From assembly GCA_012839745.1 (NCBI GenBank), contig DUMS01000018.1:17982-81981 (forward strand): DNA of 64,000 nucleotides, read 5' to 3'. The notes under the pieces are model-generated. The model did not search any database. It was given only the letters and a program-made list of their open reading frames with translations, and was not told the origin of the DNA. The DNA comes from Tissierellia bacterium. GTDB lineage: Bacteria; Bacillota; Clostridia; Tissierellales; Tepidimicrobiaceae. The position numbers were made by a program, and so were the translations under genes. This document shows positions 54,277-63,783 of the stretch, piece by piece; position 1 is the first letter of the stretch, and every line of letters starts with the position of its first letter.

Positions 54277-55587
54277 ATGGTTTACTTGGAAAAGGAAAGG
54301 ATATTTGCAAATAGCCTAATTGATTTTATTCAAAATAGCCCCAGCCAGTTTCATGCTGCCAGGGAAATTGGAAGGGTACTGGAGGAAAAGGGATTCAAAA
54401 AGCTGAATATGGAAGATAAGTGGAATTTGGAGAAGGAAGGCAAATACTACTGTGTTAAGAACAGCTCTGCTGTGGTGGCCTTTGTAATAGGGAAGGGGGA
54501 TGTTGAAGAATATGGATTTAAGATTATAGGAGCCCATACAGATGCCCCAACCTTCAGGATAAAGCCTAATCCTGAGATTACAGTGGAAAACAGGTACCTG
54601 AAGCTTAATACTGAAGTATACGGAGGGCCGATATTCAGCACCTGGTTTGACAGGCCATTATCCATTGCAGGAAGAGTGGCAATTAAAACTGATAACCCAT
54701 TAAATCCAAGGGAAGAGCTGGTTGACCTGAAAAAACCCGTTGTGATAATTCCCAACCTTGCAATTCACATGAACAGGGACGTTAATAAAGGAGTAGATAT
54801 AAATCCTCAAACTGATACTCTTCCACTTGTATCCATGCTAAATGAAGGATTTGAAAAGGATAACCATCTGCTAAAGGCTGTTGCAGAAAACATAGGGGTT
54901 AATGCAGAGGATGTTATAGATTTTGACTTATTCTTATATAGCACAGATAAGGGCTCAATAATAGGTTTAAATGAGGAGTTTATATCCTGTCCCAAGCTGG
55001 ATGATCTGGCAATGGTACATGCTGGACTATATGGAATTACAGATGGCATTGCAGGCAATGCTACAAATGTACTGGCGTGCTTTGACAACGAGGAAGTAGG
55101 AAGCACTACAAAGCAGGGTGCAGCAAGCCCCTTCCTTAGAACTGTACTTGAGAGAATAGTATTATCTCTTGGAAAGGATAAGGAGGATTATTTCAGGGCA
55201 TTATCCAATTCATTTATGATATCTGCTGATATGGCTCATGCACTGCATCCAAACTTTACAAACAAGAACGATTTAACTAACAAACCCTTTATCAATGGTG
55301 GGCCTGTGATAAAAATAGCTGCAAATCAGGCATATACAACGGATTCAATGAGCGCTGCAGTATTTGAAGGCATATGTAGGAGAGTAAATGTGCCTGTTCA
55401 GAGATTTGTAAACAGGTCTGACCAAAAGGGAGGTTCTACCATAGGACCTATTTCCACAACCCAGCTTGATATTCCTTCAGTGGATATTGGTAACCCAATA
55501 CTTTCCATGCATTCCATAAGGGAACTGGGAGGAGTATTGGACCACTATTATGCATATAGCGCATTTAAGGGCTTTTACGAGGTATAA
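54277..55587 (+). CDS. M18-family aminopeptidase (aspartyl aminopeptidase-like)
   Basis: FI..SPSQFHA, IGAHTDAP.FRIKP, DNEEVGS, MHSIRE. The start may be ATG 54277 or TTG 54286. Confidence 0.85.
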   Translation: MVYLEKERIFANSLIDFIQNSPSQFHAAREIGRVLEEKGFKKLNMEDKWNLEKEGKYYCVKNSSAVVAFVIGKGDVEEYGFKIIGAHTDAPTFRIKPNPEITVENRYLKLNTEVYGGPIFSTWFDRPLSIAGRVAIKTDNPLNPREELVDLKKPVVIIPNLAIHMNRDVNKGVDINPQTDTLPLVSMLNEGFEKDNHLLKAVAENIGVNAEDVIDFDLFLYSTDKGSIIGLNEEFISCPKLDDLAMVHAGLYGITDGIAGNATNVLACFDNEEVGSTTKQGAASPFLRTVLERIVLSLGKDKEDYFRALSNSFMISADMAHALHPNFTNKNDLTNKPFINGGPVIKIAANQAYTTDSMSAAVFEGICRRVNVPVQRFVNRSDQKGGSTIGPISTTQLDIPSVDIGNPILSMHSIRELGGVLDHYYAYSAFKGFYEV

Positions 55588-55605
55588 TGAGGTGAAGAGT
55601 TGGAT

Positions 55606-56439
55606 ATGTATAGATTAATTGCCATAGACCTGGATGGTACCCTATTGGACGATAAGAAGAACATACCTGAGGAAAACTTATATCTGATGAAGGAATTATT
55701 TGACAGGGGATATGAGATAGTAATAGCTACGGGAAGAAGATACTGGGAAGCAAAGACCCTTACTGAAGACATAGACAGACCGGTGGTAATACTGGCCAAC
55801 AACGGAAATATAGTAAGGGATCTGAAAGATGGGAAGCTGTTGATTAAAAAGTATCTGGGTATGGAGGATTTCCGGATACTGATTAAGGAAAGCAAAAAAA
55901 GAGGCCTTTATCCCCTTTTGCTTGTAGACGACTATGAAAACGGGATAGATGTAATGGTGGAAATGGACAATATCAGTGAATTTCACAATATATATATTTC
56001 AAGAGCTCAGGATAGATGCAAAAAGGTGGAGGACTATCTGAAGCTTAATGATGTAAACATTCTATCTGTGGTATTTGCAGGGGACAGAAAGGATTTGGAA
56101 GAGCTGTATGATTATATAAACGTAAGGTATCCTAAAATATTCAAGTCCCATTTGATGGAAAACATTCATGTGGCAGAAACTCTTCTTGAGATAATGAACC
56201 CTCTGGGAGACAAGTGGCTGAGCTTATTGGAATATGCAAAGGAAAAGGGGATATACAGAGAACAGATTATTGCCATTGGAGACGATAACAATGATGCGGA
56301 AATGGTGAAAAATGCTGGTCTGGGCATTGCAATGAAAAATGGCAGCCAGCTGGTTAAAAGCGTAGCTGACATCATTACAGAAAAGGACAACAATGAATCA
56401 GGTGTAGCTTATGAACTTAAAAAAATATTAAAACTGTAA
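55606..56439 (+). CDS. Cof-type HAD-IIB phosphatase
   Basis: IAIDLDGTLL (motif I), ATGR, GDDNND (motif IV). Confidence 0.85.
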   Translation: MYRLIAIDLDGTLLDDKKNIPEENLYLMKELFDRGYEIVIATGRRYWEAKTLTEDIDRPVVILANNGNIVRDLKDGKLLIKKYLGMEDFRILIKESKKRGLYPLLLVDDYENGIDVMVEMDNISEFHNIYISRAQDRCKKVEDYLKLNDVNILSVVFAGDRKDLEELYDYINVRYPKIFKSHLMENIHVAETLLEIMNPLGDKWLSLLEYAKEKGIYREQIIAIGDDNNDAEMVKNAGLGIAMKNGSQLVKSVADIITEKDNNESGVAYELKKILKL

Positions 56440-56450
56440 AGGGGGATTCC

Positions 56451-58604
56451 ATGAAAAGAAAGAGTTTATTATCAGTATTATTAGCAGTTGCCATATTGCT
56501 TGGCAGCCTAAATTTAAGCTTGGCAGTAGGCGTTGACAGCTTAACTGATTACAACATGGAGCTTGTGTTAAATGATGAAAACCGTACTTTAGAAGGTAAG
56601 CTAAATGTAGAATTTGTAAATACCTATGATGACGATTTAAGTGAATTGGTATTTCATCTGTATGCAGATTCCTATGAATCCTATGCAACACTGCCTTCCA
56701 TTGGAGGAATGTATATTCAGCCTGGAGAAGAGTTACCTGAGCTTACAGATGAACAAAAGGGATACATAGATATCAGGAATGTTTCTGTTGATGGCAGGAA
56801 AGTTAAATTTACAGAGGATAATCAGATACTAAAAGTGCAGCTTAAGGACTCCATAAAGAGCGGAGAAAAGGCGAATATATCCATTGAGTTCTTGCTGAAG
56901 ATTCCTGAAGGGTATCATCGCCTGCACTATATGAATGGAGTCTATTCACTGACAAACTGGTACCCTATACTTTCAATATATGATGATGAAGCTGATAAGT
57001 GGGACGAAAACCCATATCACCCCATTGGGGAATCCAATTACAGCGATGTGTCTAATTACACAGTGAAGATCACTGTGCCAAAGGACATGGTATTGGCTCC
57101 GACAGGTAAGATTGTAAGGGAAATGGTGTATGATAAGTACAAAACTGTTACCATAGAGGCAGAAAAGGTCAGGGATTTTGTAATATTTATGAGCCCGGAC
57201 TATAAGGTGAAGACTGAGGAAGCAGATGGAATAAGGATAACAGGCTACTATCTAGCTGATGAATATAACCCAAATGGAGAAACTGCAGCAGAGTTATTGC
57301 TGGCAGAGGTAGCAAAGGCTGTCAGATTTATGAATAAAACCTTTGGAAGATATCCCTATGATGAGCTGAGAATAGCAGAAACATACCTTTCCGGAGGAGC
57401 TATGGAATATCCTCAGGTAATACAGATGGGAAGGTTTATGCTTTACGGCGATGGGAACCTTGAGGAAAGTGCTCCATGGCTGGTGGAGGCAGCAGTTCAT
57501 GAAACTGTTCACCAATGGTGGTATGTGGGAGTTGGAAACGATGAGTTTCATGAGCCATTTTTGGATGAGTCATTGACAGTATTCACTACTGCCTATTATT
57601 TTGAAAAGGAATATGGAGAATACCACGAAAATGGAATTAAGGCAACAATAAGGCGGTATATTTATCCTACAGCCATGATTTCATTAGATAGCAGTGTAGA
57701 TAAGTTTCTTGATTGGGGAGAGTATTCAACTGTTATCTATAGCAGAGCACCTGCTTTCTTTGAGGATTTAAGGCAGAGAGTAGGAGAGAATAGGTTCATT
57801 GAAATACTCAGGACCTACTATGAAAGGTATCTGTATAAAAATGCATCAATAGATGGATTAATGGAGATAATTGGAGAACTGGCAGGGGAAGAAATACAAA
57901 AGGCAATGCATAAAGCAGTATCAGAGCCCAATTACTATCCTGAGAATATAAGTCTTACTCCTGAAGAGGAAAGCATATTCAACATAAGGTGGGAGAAGAG
58001 AAGGCTTAGAGACTATGAAGATCAAAATGGATTAATAATTGGAAGCATAGTTCTCCGGGCTTTGGAAGGCGAGGACTTAATTATTGTAAAACCTAAATAT
58101 ATAAATGAAAGGGATGTATATTCTGTAGACAATCTGATAAATAATATAACAGCAAGTTTCAAGAGCTATTATAATGTTGATCTGGAGGTTATAGAGGAGG
58201 ACAAATTGACTGGAGACCATAAGAGAAGCAATCTGATCGTAATAGGATATCCAAATAAGAGCAGAATAATAAAGGAAATGTCGCCAAACCTCCCTATAAA
58301 CCTAAGGGCTGATACCATAGAAATAAATAAAGTATCCATAAAAAATGATGGAGTTTCTGGAATGTTTATTTCTGAAAATCCATACAATAATAAATCCCTT
58401 TCATTGATAATATTTTTATCTGATAAAGACATGAGTGACATATCCAATATAGGAAAAGTAGAGGTAATAGCTGCAGGGGATGGTCAGGTAACATATATAT
58501 ATGACGATTTTATAATGTATAAATATAATCCACTGTATGTAAATAATAATATTCAGTTCATCATTGACGTAGAGGGCATAGAGATTAATGGAATGTATAA
58601 ATAG
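56451..58604 (+). CDS. Secreted M1-family (gluzincin) metallopeptidase
   Basis: Signal peptide, GGAMEYP (GAMEN-like), HETVHQWWY (HExxH) and downstream FLDES glutamate ligand. Confidence 0.8.
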   Translation: MKRKSLLSVLLAVAILLGSLNLSLAVGVDSLTDYNMELVLNDENRTLEGKLNVEFVNTYDDDLSELVFHLYADSYESYATLPSIGGMYIQPGEELPELTDEQKGYIDIRNVSVDGRKVKFTEDNQILKVQLKDSIKSGEKANISIEFLLKIPEGYHRLHYMNGVYSLTNWYPILSIYDDEADKWDENPYHPIGESNYSDVSNYTVKITVPKDMVLAPTGKIVREMVYDKYKTVTIEAEKVRDFVIFMSPDYKVKTEEADGIRITGYYLADEYNPNGETAAELLLAEVAKAVRFMNKTFGRYPYDELRIAETYLSGGAMEYPQVIQMGRFMLYGDGNLEESAPWLVEAAVHETVHQWWYVGVGNDEFHEPFLDESLTVFTTAYYFEKEYGEYHENGIKATIRRYIYPTAMISLDSSVDKFLDWGEYSTVIYSRAPAFFEDLRQRVGENRFIEILRTYYERYLYKNASIDGLMEIIGELAGEEIQKAMHKAVSEPNYYPENISLTPEEESIFNIRWEKRRLRDYEDQNGLIIGSIVLRALEGEDLIIVKPKYINERDVYSVDNLINNITASFKSYYNVDLEVIEEDKLTGDHKRSNLIVIGYPNKSRIIKEMSPNLPINLRADTIEINKVSIKNDGVSGMFISENPYNNKSLSLIIFLSDKDMSDISNIGKVEVIAAGDGQVTYIYDDFIMYKYNPLYVNNNIQFIIDVEGIEINGMYK

Positions 58605-58618
58605 AAGAGGAGAGCAAA

Positions 58619-59566
58619 ATGGATATAACAGTATACAATGTCTATTCAAAGTACTTAAGGGAAAGGTTTGGAGAAAAGGTATACAAGCTGCCAATAAGCC
58701 TGCCTGTTACCTGCCCCAACAGGGATGGATGCTTAGGTACGGGAGGATGCATATATTGCGGTGAAGAGGGAGGTTCCTTTGAGAACCTCTCCAGCACCAT
58801 TTCCGTAAGGGAGCAGGTAAAGAGGAACATGGAGTACATCAGGAAAAAGTACAAGGCAGAAAAGTTTATTTCATATTTTCAGAGCTTTACCAATACGTAT
58901 ATGCCTCTTGAGGATTTCAAAAGGTATATTAAAGAATCCATAATGGAGGATGTTGTAGGTATATCCATATCAACAAGGCCTGACTGTATAAATGATGAGT
59001 ATCTTAAGTTCCTGTCAGAAATTAAGGAAGAATACGGTTTGGAAATTACCATGGAATTGGGTCTGCAGACTGTAAACTACCGAACCCTGGAGATTTTAAA
59101 CCGGGGACATACACTGGCTGAATTTATAGATGCAGTTATCAGAAATAAAAGGTATGGAATTAGAACCTGTACTCACCTTATATTAAACCTTCCCTGGGAT
59201 GATATGGCTGATGTAATAGAAAATGCAAAGATACTGTCTGCATTGGATGTGGAAGAGGTTAAGCTGCATGCGCTGTATGTGGTGGAAAACACAGAGCTGG
59301 GAAGGAGGTATAGGGAAGGAAATGTAACTTTGGTATCCAAGGAGGAATACATTGAAAGGGTAATAACATTCCTTGAATACCTGAAGGAGGATATACTGGT
59401 TCAGAGGATAATAGGCAGGGCACCGGAGGAGAATACACTGTTTGTAAACTGGAATGAGTCCTGGTGGAAGATAAGGGATGAAATAGTAGATGAAATGCTA
59501 AGAAGGCACACAAAACAAGGGGCCAAATGCAATTACCTAAACGGGAAAGCAATAAAATGGAAATAA
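58619..59566 (+). CDS. TIGR01212-family radical SAM protein
   Basis: CPNRDGCLGTGGCIYCG motif and typical length (315 aa). Confidence 0.8.
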   Translation: MDITVYNVYSKYLRERFGEKVYKLPISLPVTCPNRDGCLGTGGCIYCGEEGGSFENLSSTISVREQVKRNMEYIRKKYKAEKFISYFQSFTNTYMPLEDFKRYIKESIMEDVVGISISTRPDCINDEYLKFLSEIKEEYGLEITMELGLQTVNYRTLEILNRGHTLAEFIDAVIRNKRYGIRTCTHLILNLPWDDMADVIENAKILSALDVEEVKLHALYVVENTELGRRYREGNVTLVSKEEYIERVITFLEYLKEDILVQRIIGRAPEENTLFVNWNESWWKIRDEIVDEMLRRHTKQGAKCNYLNGKAIKWK

Positions 59567-59661
59567 ATTTTTAGCAGTTGAAAGAGGAAAAAATTAAAAT
59601 ATGTCGAATATTATTAATATTGATTATTGCAAAAAAAATATAAACAAAGGGGATGATTATC

Positions 59662-60087
59662 ATGGTTCATTTTGTTTTAGGTCCAAAGGGCAGCGGAAAG
59701 ACTAAATGGCTTATTGATAATGCAAATGAGGACATAAGAAGAGGAAATGGGAATATAGTCTTTATTGATGTTGATGACAATCACATATTCAGCCTTAATT
59801 ATTCTGTAAGGCTTATTAATGCCATGGAATTCAATATTAACAGTATTGAAGCGTTCTATGGCTTTTTGTGTGGAATTATAGGACGAGACTATGATGTGGA
59901 AAAAATGTATATAGACGGAATATATAAAGTCTTATGTTTAGGAAAAGAAGAGCTGGAAAAGATTAAAGAGCTATTGACCTTCCTTGGGGAGAAATTTAAC
60001 ACAAAATTCTACATAGGATTGGACTTAAGCCTTGATGAGGTACCTGAAGAGCTTAGGGAAAACTGCATGGAGCTGGCATTTGGTTAA
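59662..60087 (+). CDS. Small P-loop NTPase-like protein (141 aa)
   Basis: Walker A GPKGSGKT and Walker-B-like IVFIDVDD. ATG 59662 lies 9 nt after AAAGGGG. Confidence 0.5.
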   Translation: MVHFVLGPKGSGKTKWLIDNANEDIRRGNGNIVFIDVDDNHIFSLNYSVRLINAMEFNINSIEAFYGFLCGIIGRDYDVEKMYIDGIYKVLCLGKEELEKIKELLTFLGEKFNTKFYIGLDLSLDEVPEELRENCMELAFG

Positions 60088-60109
60088 AGGGCAGGAAATC
60101 CTGCCCTTT
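60086..60109. terminator. Hairpin between convergent genes (weak U-tracts)
   Basis: AAAGGGCAGG - AAAT - CCTGCCCTTT. Confidence 0.5.
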
Positions 60110-60110
60110 A

Positions 60111-60293
60111 CTATCCTCTAAATGAATTTGCTGGCCTGAAAGTAGCACAGTCTGTTTCCTCACTATTGGTTGCATTTCTTGGCTGAATTTCTATTCTTTC
60201 AGCTGTACATCTATCTCCTTCAGTATAATAGTAGCAGGTATTAACTATACATTTTACTCCCTCTAAGTGTTCATTAGTCTTTTCTATGCGCAT
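60111..60293 (-). CDS. DUF1540-domain protein
   Basis: V.C.V..C.Y......C.A..I.I plus a trailing C.TF, spacing characteristic of DUF1540. RBS AAAGGAG. Confidence 0.75.
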   Translation of the reverse strand: MRIEKTNEHLEGVKCIVNTCYYYTEGDRCTAERIEIQPRNATNSEETDCATFRPANSFRG

Positions 60294-60443
60294 ATCTATC
60301 TCCTTTCTTTATAGTATTAAGGGTATATTTATATTTTGCATTATTTTGAACTAATTATTCTTTATGTATAATTAACAAAGAAAAAATAAATATTTTATGG
60401 TATAATCTATTTACAATTATTTTATTTAGATAGGGTGTTATAA

Positions 60444-60995
60444 TTGGAATATCATAAGAGTAAAGGCTTATTTGATACTTTTTTTGAAAACAGGTCATCT
60501 TTGATTATACAGTATTCCAATGGAGATATTACAAAAAAGGAGTTTCTAGAGTATAATTTTGATTTTGTTCAGGGGATGAACTTAAAGCCATTTACAAGAA
60601 TTGACAGCTATGAAAAGGGAATGTACAACTATCAATATTACAACGTTCTGGCAAAGTATTATACTATGCTGGCTAAGGATATTAAGAGGTCAGGAAAGCA
60701 CAGCAAATATTATGCCTACTACAGAAAGATGGGGGAGGAGTACTATCATCTGAAGGATAGAGCCACACTGCAATTATTGAAATTTTTAGAGTTTAAGAAT
60801 GTGGAAGCGTATTTCATAAAGGTGGAATCCAAGTATTTAAAGGATAAGCTTTATGAAATAGTACTGCTGGATTATAAGGAAGCAATATTTCATTCAAAAA
60901 GCCTATGGCTTCTGGACATATTGAAAAAAGAAGGAGTATTTATTGAAGGAAAGAAGAAGTCCCTCATAGATGAGTATATTAATGAAAGGTATTAA
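60444..60995 (+). CDS. Hypothetical protein (183 aa), Tyr/Lys-rich
   Basis: TTG start after AGGGTG, preceded by extended -10 TGgTATAAT (60398-60406). No motif recognised. Confidence 0.45.
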   Translation: MEYHKSKGLFDTFFENRSSLIIQYSNGDITKKEFLEYNFDFVQGMNLKPFTRIDSYEKGMYNYQYYNVLAKYYTMLAKDIKRSGKHSKYYAYYRKMGEEYYHLKDRATLQLLKFLEFKNVEAYFIKVESKYLKDKLYEIVLLDYKEAIFHSKSLWLLDILKKEGVFIEGKKKSLIDEYINERY

Positions 60996-61003
60996 GGCTT
61001 GAT

Positions 61004-61037
61004 ATCAGGTTATCCATAAGGTAACCTGATTTTTTTT
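61004..61037 (+). terminator. Intrinsic terminator
   Basis: ATCAGGTTA - loop - TAACCTGAT, followed by TTTTTTT. Confidence 0.8.
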
Positions 61038-61223
61038 ATGCCATTTCCGTATATGCGGAAAATTTTCCGGAAAAGCGGAATAAATTGATACTTAAAAATT
61101 TAATGAATATTCTAAAATCTTCTATATTAAGCCTTTTTTTATATTGGCATGGTTATTACAAAAAAATAAATTAGGTTGATGATAAATAACGGTCATATAT
61201 TTATGAAGATAGGGTGTGATAAT

Positions 61224-62486
61224 ATGAGCAATCTGATTTTTTATGGCTGCGATACCGTTGAACTTGCTAAAAAATATGGTACTCCTTTATATGTAATGAG
61301 TGAGGACTATATCGTAGATAGATGCAGAGAAATCAGAGAGGATTTTCTGGAGAAATATGATAATACCATGGCTGTATATGCAAGCAAGGCCTTCCTTACC
61401 AAGGAAATGGCAAGGATAATAAAGAGGGAAGGACTGGGAATGGATGTGGTATCCGGAGGAGAGCTTTATACAGCTATGGAAGTGGATTTCCCAATGGATA
61501 GGGTTGTATTCCACGGCAACAACAAATTAGTTGATGAAATTGAAATGGCCATCAAGAATAATGTTGGAAGAATAGTTGTAGATAACATAAGGGAATTGGA
61601 TATAATTGAGGATATTGCCAGTAAATATGGTAAAAGGGTTAACATTTTATTTAGGGTTTCTCCTGGAGTTGATGCACATACCCATAAATACATTCAAACT
61701 GGACAAGTTGATTCAAAGTTTGGCATACCATTAGATGATGATGCCATACGTACAGCAGTCAAAAAAGCAATGAACTGTAAGCATATAGATCTTAAGGGAT
61801 TCCATTTTCATATTGGTTCACAAATTCATGAAAATGAAAGCTATATACTGGCTGTTAGAAAAATGGTTGAGCTGATGAAGGAATTAAAGGAAGATATTGG
61901 ATTCATAACAAAAGAGTTTAATACTGGCGGAGGATACGGCATACAATATAAAGGGGATGAAAACCGGAAGAATCTAGCTTTTTATACAGATGCCATAATG
62001 AACACTCTTGAAGATGAGTGCAATAGACACAGCGTACAGAGGCCATTTGTTATTATAGAGCCTGGCAGGTGGATTGTAGGAGAAGCAGGAATTACTCTTT
62101 ATACTATAGGAACTATTAAGGAGATTCCTGGTACAAGAACCTACGTGTCTGTTGATGGAGGTATGACTGATAACCCAAGACCAAGCCTATATCAGGCAAA
62201 ATATGATGCAGTTGTTGCAAACAAGTATGGAGAAGAGCCAGTAAAGAAGGTTACAGTTGCAGGAAAATGCTGTGAATCAGGAGATATACTGATTTGGGAT
62301 CTGGAGGTACCGGAAATAGAGCCTGGGGATATATTGGCTGTATTATCTACTGGAGCATATAACTATTCAATGGCAAGCAATTACAACCGCATTCCAAAGC
62401 CTGCAGTAGTAATGGTGTCCAGGGGCAAGGACAGATTGATTGTAAAGAGAGAGACCTATGAGGATATTTTGAGGAATGAACTTTGA
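61224..62486 (+). CDS. lysA: Diaminopimelate decarboxylase
   Basis: YGTPLYV, AVYASKAF (PLP Lys), HFHIGSQ, GGGYG, CESGD, GAY. ATG 61224 (MSNLIFYG). The track start is 61176. Confidence 0.9.
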   Translation: MSNLIFYGCDTVELAKKYGTPLYVMSEDYIVDRCREIREDFLEKYDNTMAVYASKAFLTKEMARIIKREGLGMDVVSGGELYTAMEVDFPMDRVVFHGNNKLVDEIEMAIKNNVGRIVVDNIRELDIIEDIASKYGKRVNILFRVSPGVDAHTHKYIQTGQVDSKFGIPLDDDAIRTAVKKAMNCKHIDLKGFHFHIGSQIHENESYILAVRKMVELMKELKEDIGFITKEFNTGGGYGIQYKGDENRKNLAFYTDAIMNTLEDECNRHSVQRPFVIIEPGRWIVGEAGITLYTIGTIKEIPGTRTYVSVDGGMTDNPRPSLYQAKYDAVVANKYGEEPVKKVTVAGKCCESGDILIWDLEVPEIEPGDILAVLSTGAYNYSMASNYNRIPKPAVVMVSRGKDRLIVKRETYEDILRNEL

Positions 62487-62570
62487 TATCAAAATAGGTG
62501 TTAATTAGTTATAGTGGCTATTATTAGCAATTTATTTATATAAAAATAATTTTAAGGAGAGTGGTTTATT

Positions 62571-63206
62571 ATGATGAACATCATATGGTTGGTCTTATTG
62601 GTCGTTGGTGTTATAGTTGGCGTTGTTAAGGGAGATGTGCAAACTGTTACCGATGCAGTAATTAATTACGCTAATACTGCTGTTGAGATAGCAATGGGAT
62701 TAATAGGAATAATGACATTATGGCTAGGTATTATGGCTATTGCAGAGAAAGCAGGATTAATAAACCTTATAGGCAAAGCTCTTAACCCAATTATGAAAAG
62801 GCTCTTTAGAGATATTCCAGAAGGACATCCAGCCATGGGTGCAATTATTATGAATCTTGCAGCAAATGTGCTTGGGCTTGGAAATGCAGCAACTCCTCTT
62901 GGATTAAAGGCTATGATTGAGCTGGAGAAGCTTAATAAACACAAAGGTGTCGCAACGGATGCCGAAGTAATGTTCCTTGCTATTAATACTTCTTCTGTTA
63001 CATTAATACCATCAACTATTATTGGATTAAGAGTCGCTGCTGGCTCACAGAATCCAACTGAGGTTATAGGTCCCATTATTTTAGCAACAACAATTTCAAC
63101 TGTATCTGCAGTAATACTTTGTAAGCTTTTTGCTAAGATGAAGAGATATAGAATTGAAAATGTGGTAAATGGCATAGATGGCAATGCTGAAGTTGAAGAT
63201 ATATAA
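62571..63206 (+). CDS. spmA: Spore maturation protein A (nucleoside-recognition domain)
   Basis: MNIIW...A..G...A..LIGIMTLWLGIM.IAEK.GL and NLAANVLGLGNAATPLGLKAM blocks. Confidence 0.85.
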   Translation: MMNIIWLVLLVVGVIVGVVKGDVQTVTDAVINYANTAVEIAMGLIGIMTLWLGIMAIAEKAGLINLIGKALNPIMKRLFRDIPEGHPAMGAIIMNLAANVLGLGNAATPLGLKAMIELEKLNKHKGVATDAEVMFLAINTSSVTLIPSTIIGLRVAAGSQNPTEVIGPIILATTISTVSAVILCKLFAKMKRYRIENVVNGIDGNAEVEDI

Positions 63207-63230
63207 GTATAATTCATAAGGAGGGATAAT

Positions 63231-63764
63231 ATGTTACAAAATGTATTGAATTCAATTTCATTATATGCAATTCCAGTGTTGCTTGTTGGGATACCATTAT
63301 ATGGATATTTTAAAAAGGTAAAAGTATATGAAACCTTTGTAGAAGGAGCAAAAGAAGGCTTTACAACAGCAGTTAGGATAATACCTTATCTAGTTGCTAT
63401 ATTATGTGCTGTTGGTGCATTTAGAGCATCAGGAGCTATGGATGTACTTACAAAAATAATCAGCCCTGTTACTAATTTAATTGGAATACCTGCTGAAATA
63501 ATGCCATTTGGACTTATGAGATCCTTATCTGGCGGTGGAGCAGAAGGTATGATGGTTGAGCTCTTTAACAAGTTTGGTCCTGATTCTTTAATTGGAAGAA
63601 TGGCATCTATTGCTATGGGTTCTACTGAAACAACATTATATGTACTTGCAGTATATTTTGGTTCTGTAAAAGTAAGCAAAACCAGACATGCACTGCCTGT
63701 AGGACTTTTAGTAGACGCAATAAGCTTAATTGCTGCAGCAATTATTACAAATATTGTATTTTAA
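63231..63764 (+). CDS. spmB: Spore maturation protein B
   Basis: F.EGAKEGF...RI.PYLVAIL.AVG.FR.SGA and R.LSGGGA blocks. Directly follows spmA. Confidence 0.85.
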   Translation: MLQNVLNSISLYAIPVLLVGIPLYGYFKKVKVYETFVEGAKEGFTTAVRIIPYLVAILCAVGAFRASGAMDVLTKIISPVTNLIGIPAEIMPFGLMRSLSGGGAEGMMVELFNKFGPDSLIGRMASIAMGSTETTLYVLAVYFGSVKVSKTRHALPVGLLVDAISLIAAAIITNIVF

Positions 63765-63783
63765 TTAAATAGGAGGCTTTAAA

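Noticed and set aside
61145-61160. Second sigma-54-like element, TGGCAT-GGTTA-TTACA, upstream of lysA.
   Set aside because: The -12 element lacks the near-invariant GC dinucleotide (TTACA instead of TTGCA), and no bEBP gene is adjacent. It is probably a chance match.
60996-61223. Lysine (L-box) riboswitch upstream of lysA.
   Set aside because: There are no conserved L-box helices or a GAGGCGC-type core, and the region is too short and AT-rich.
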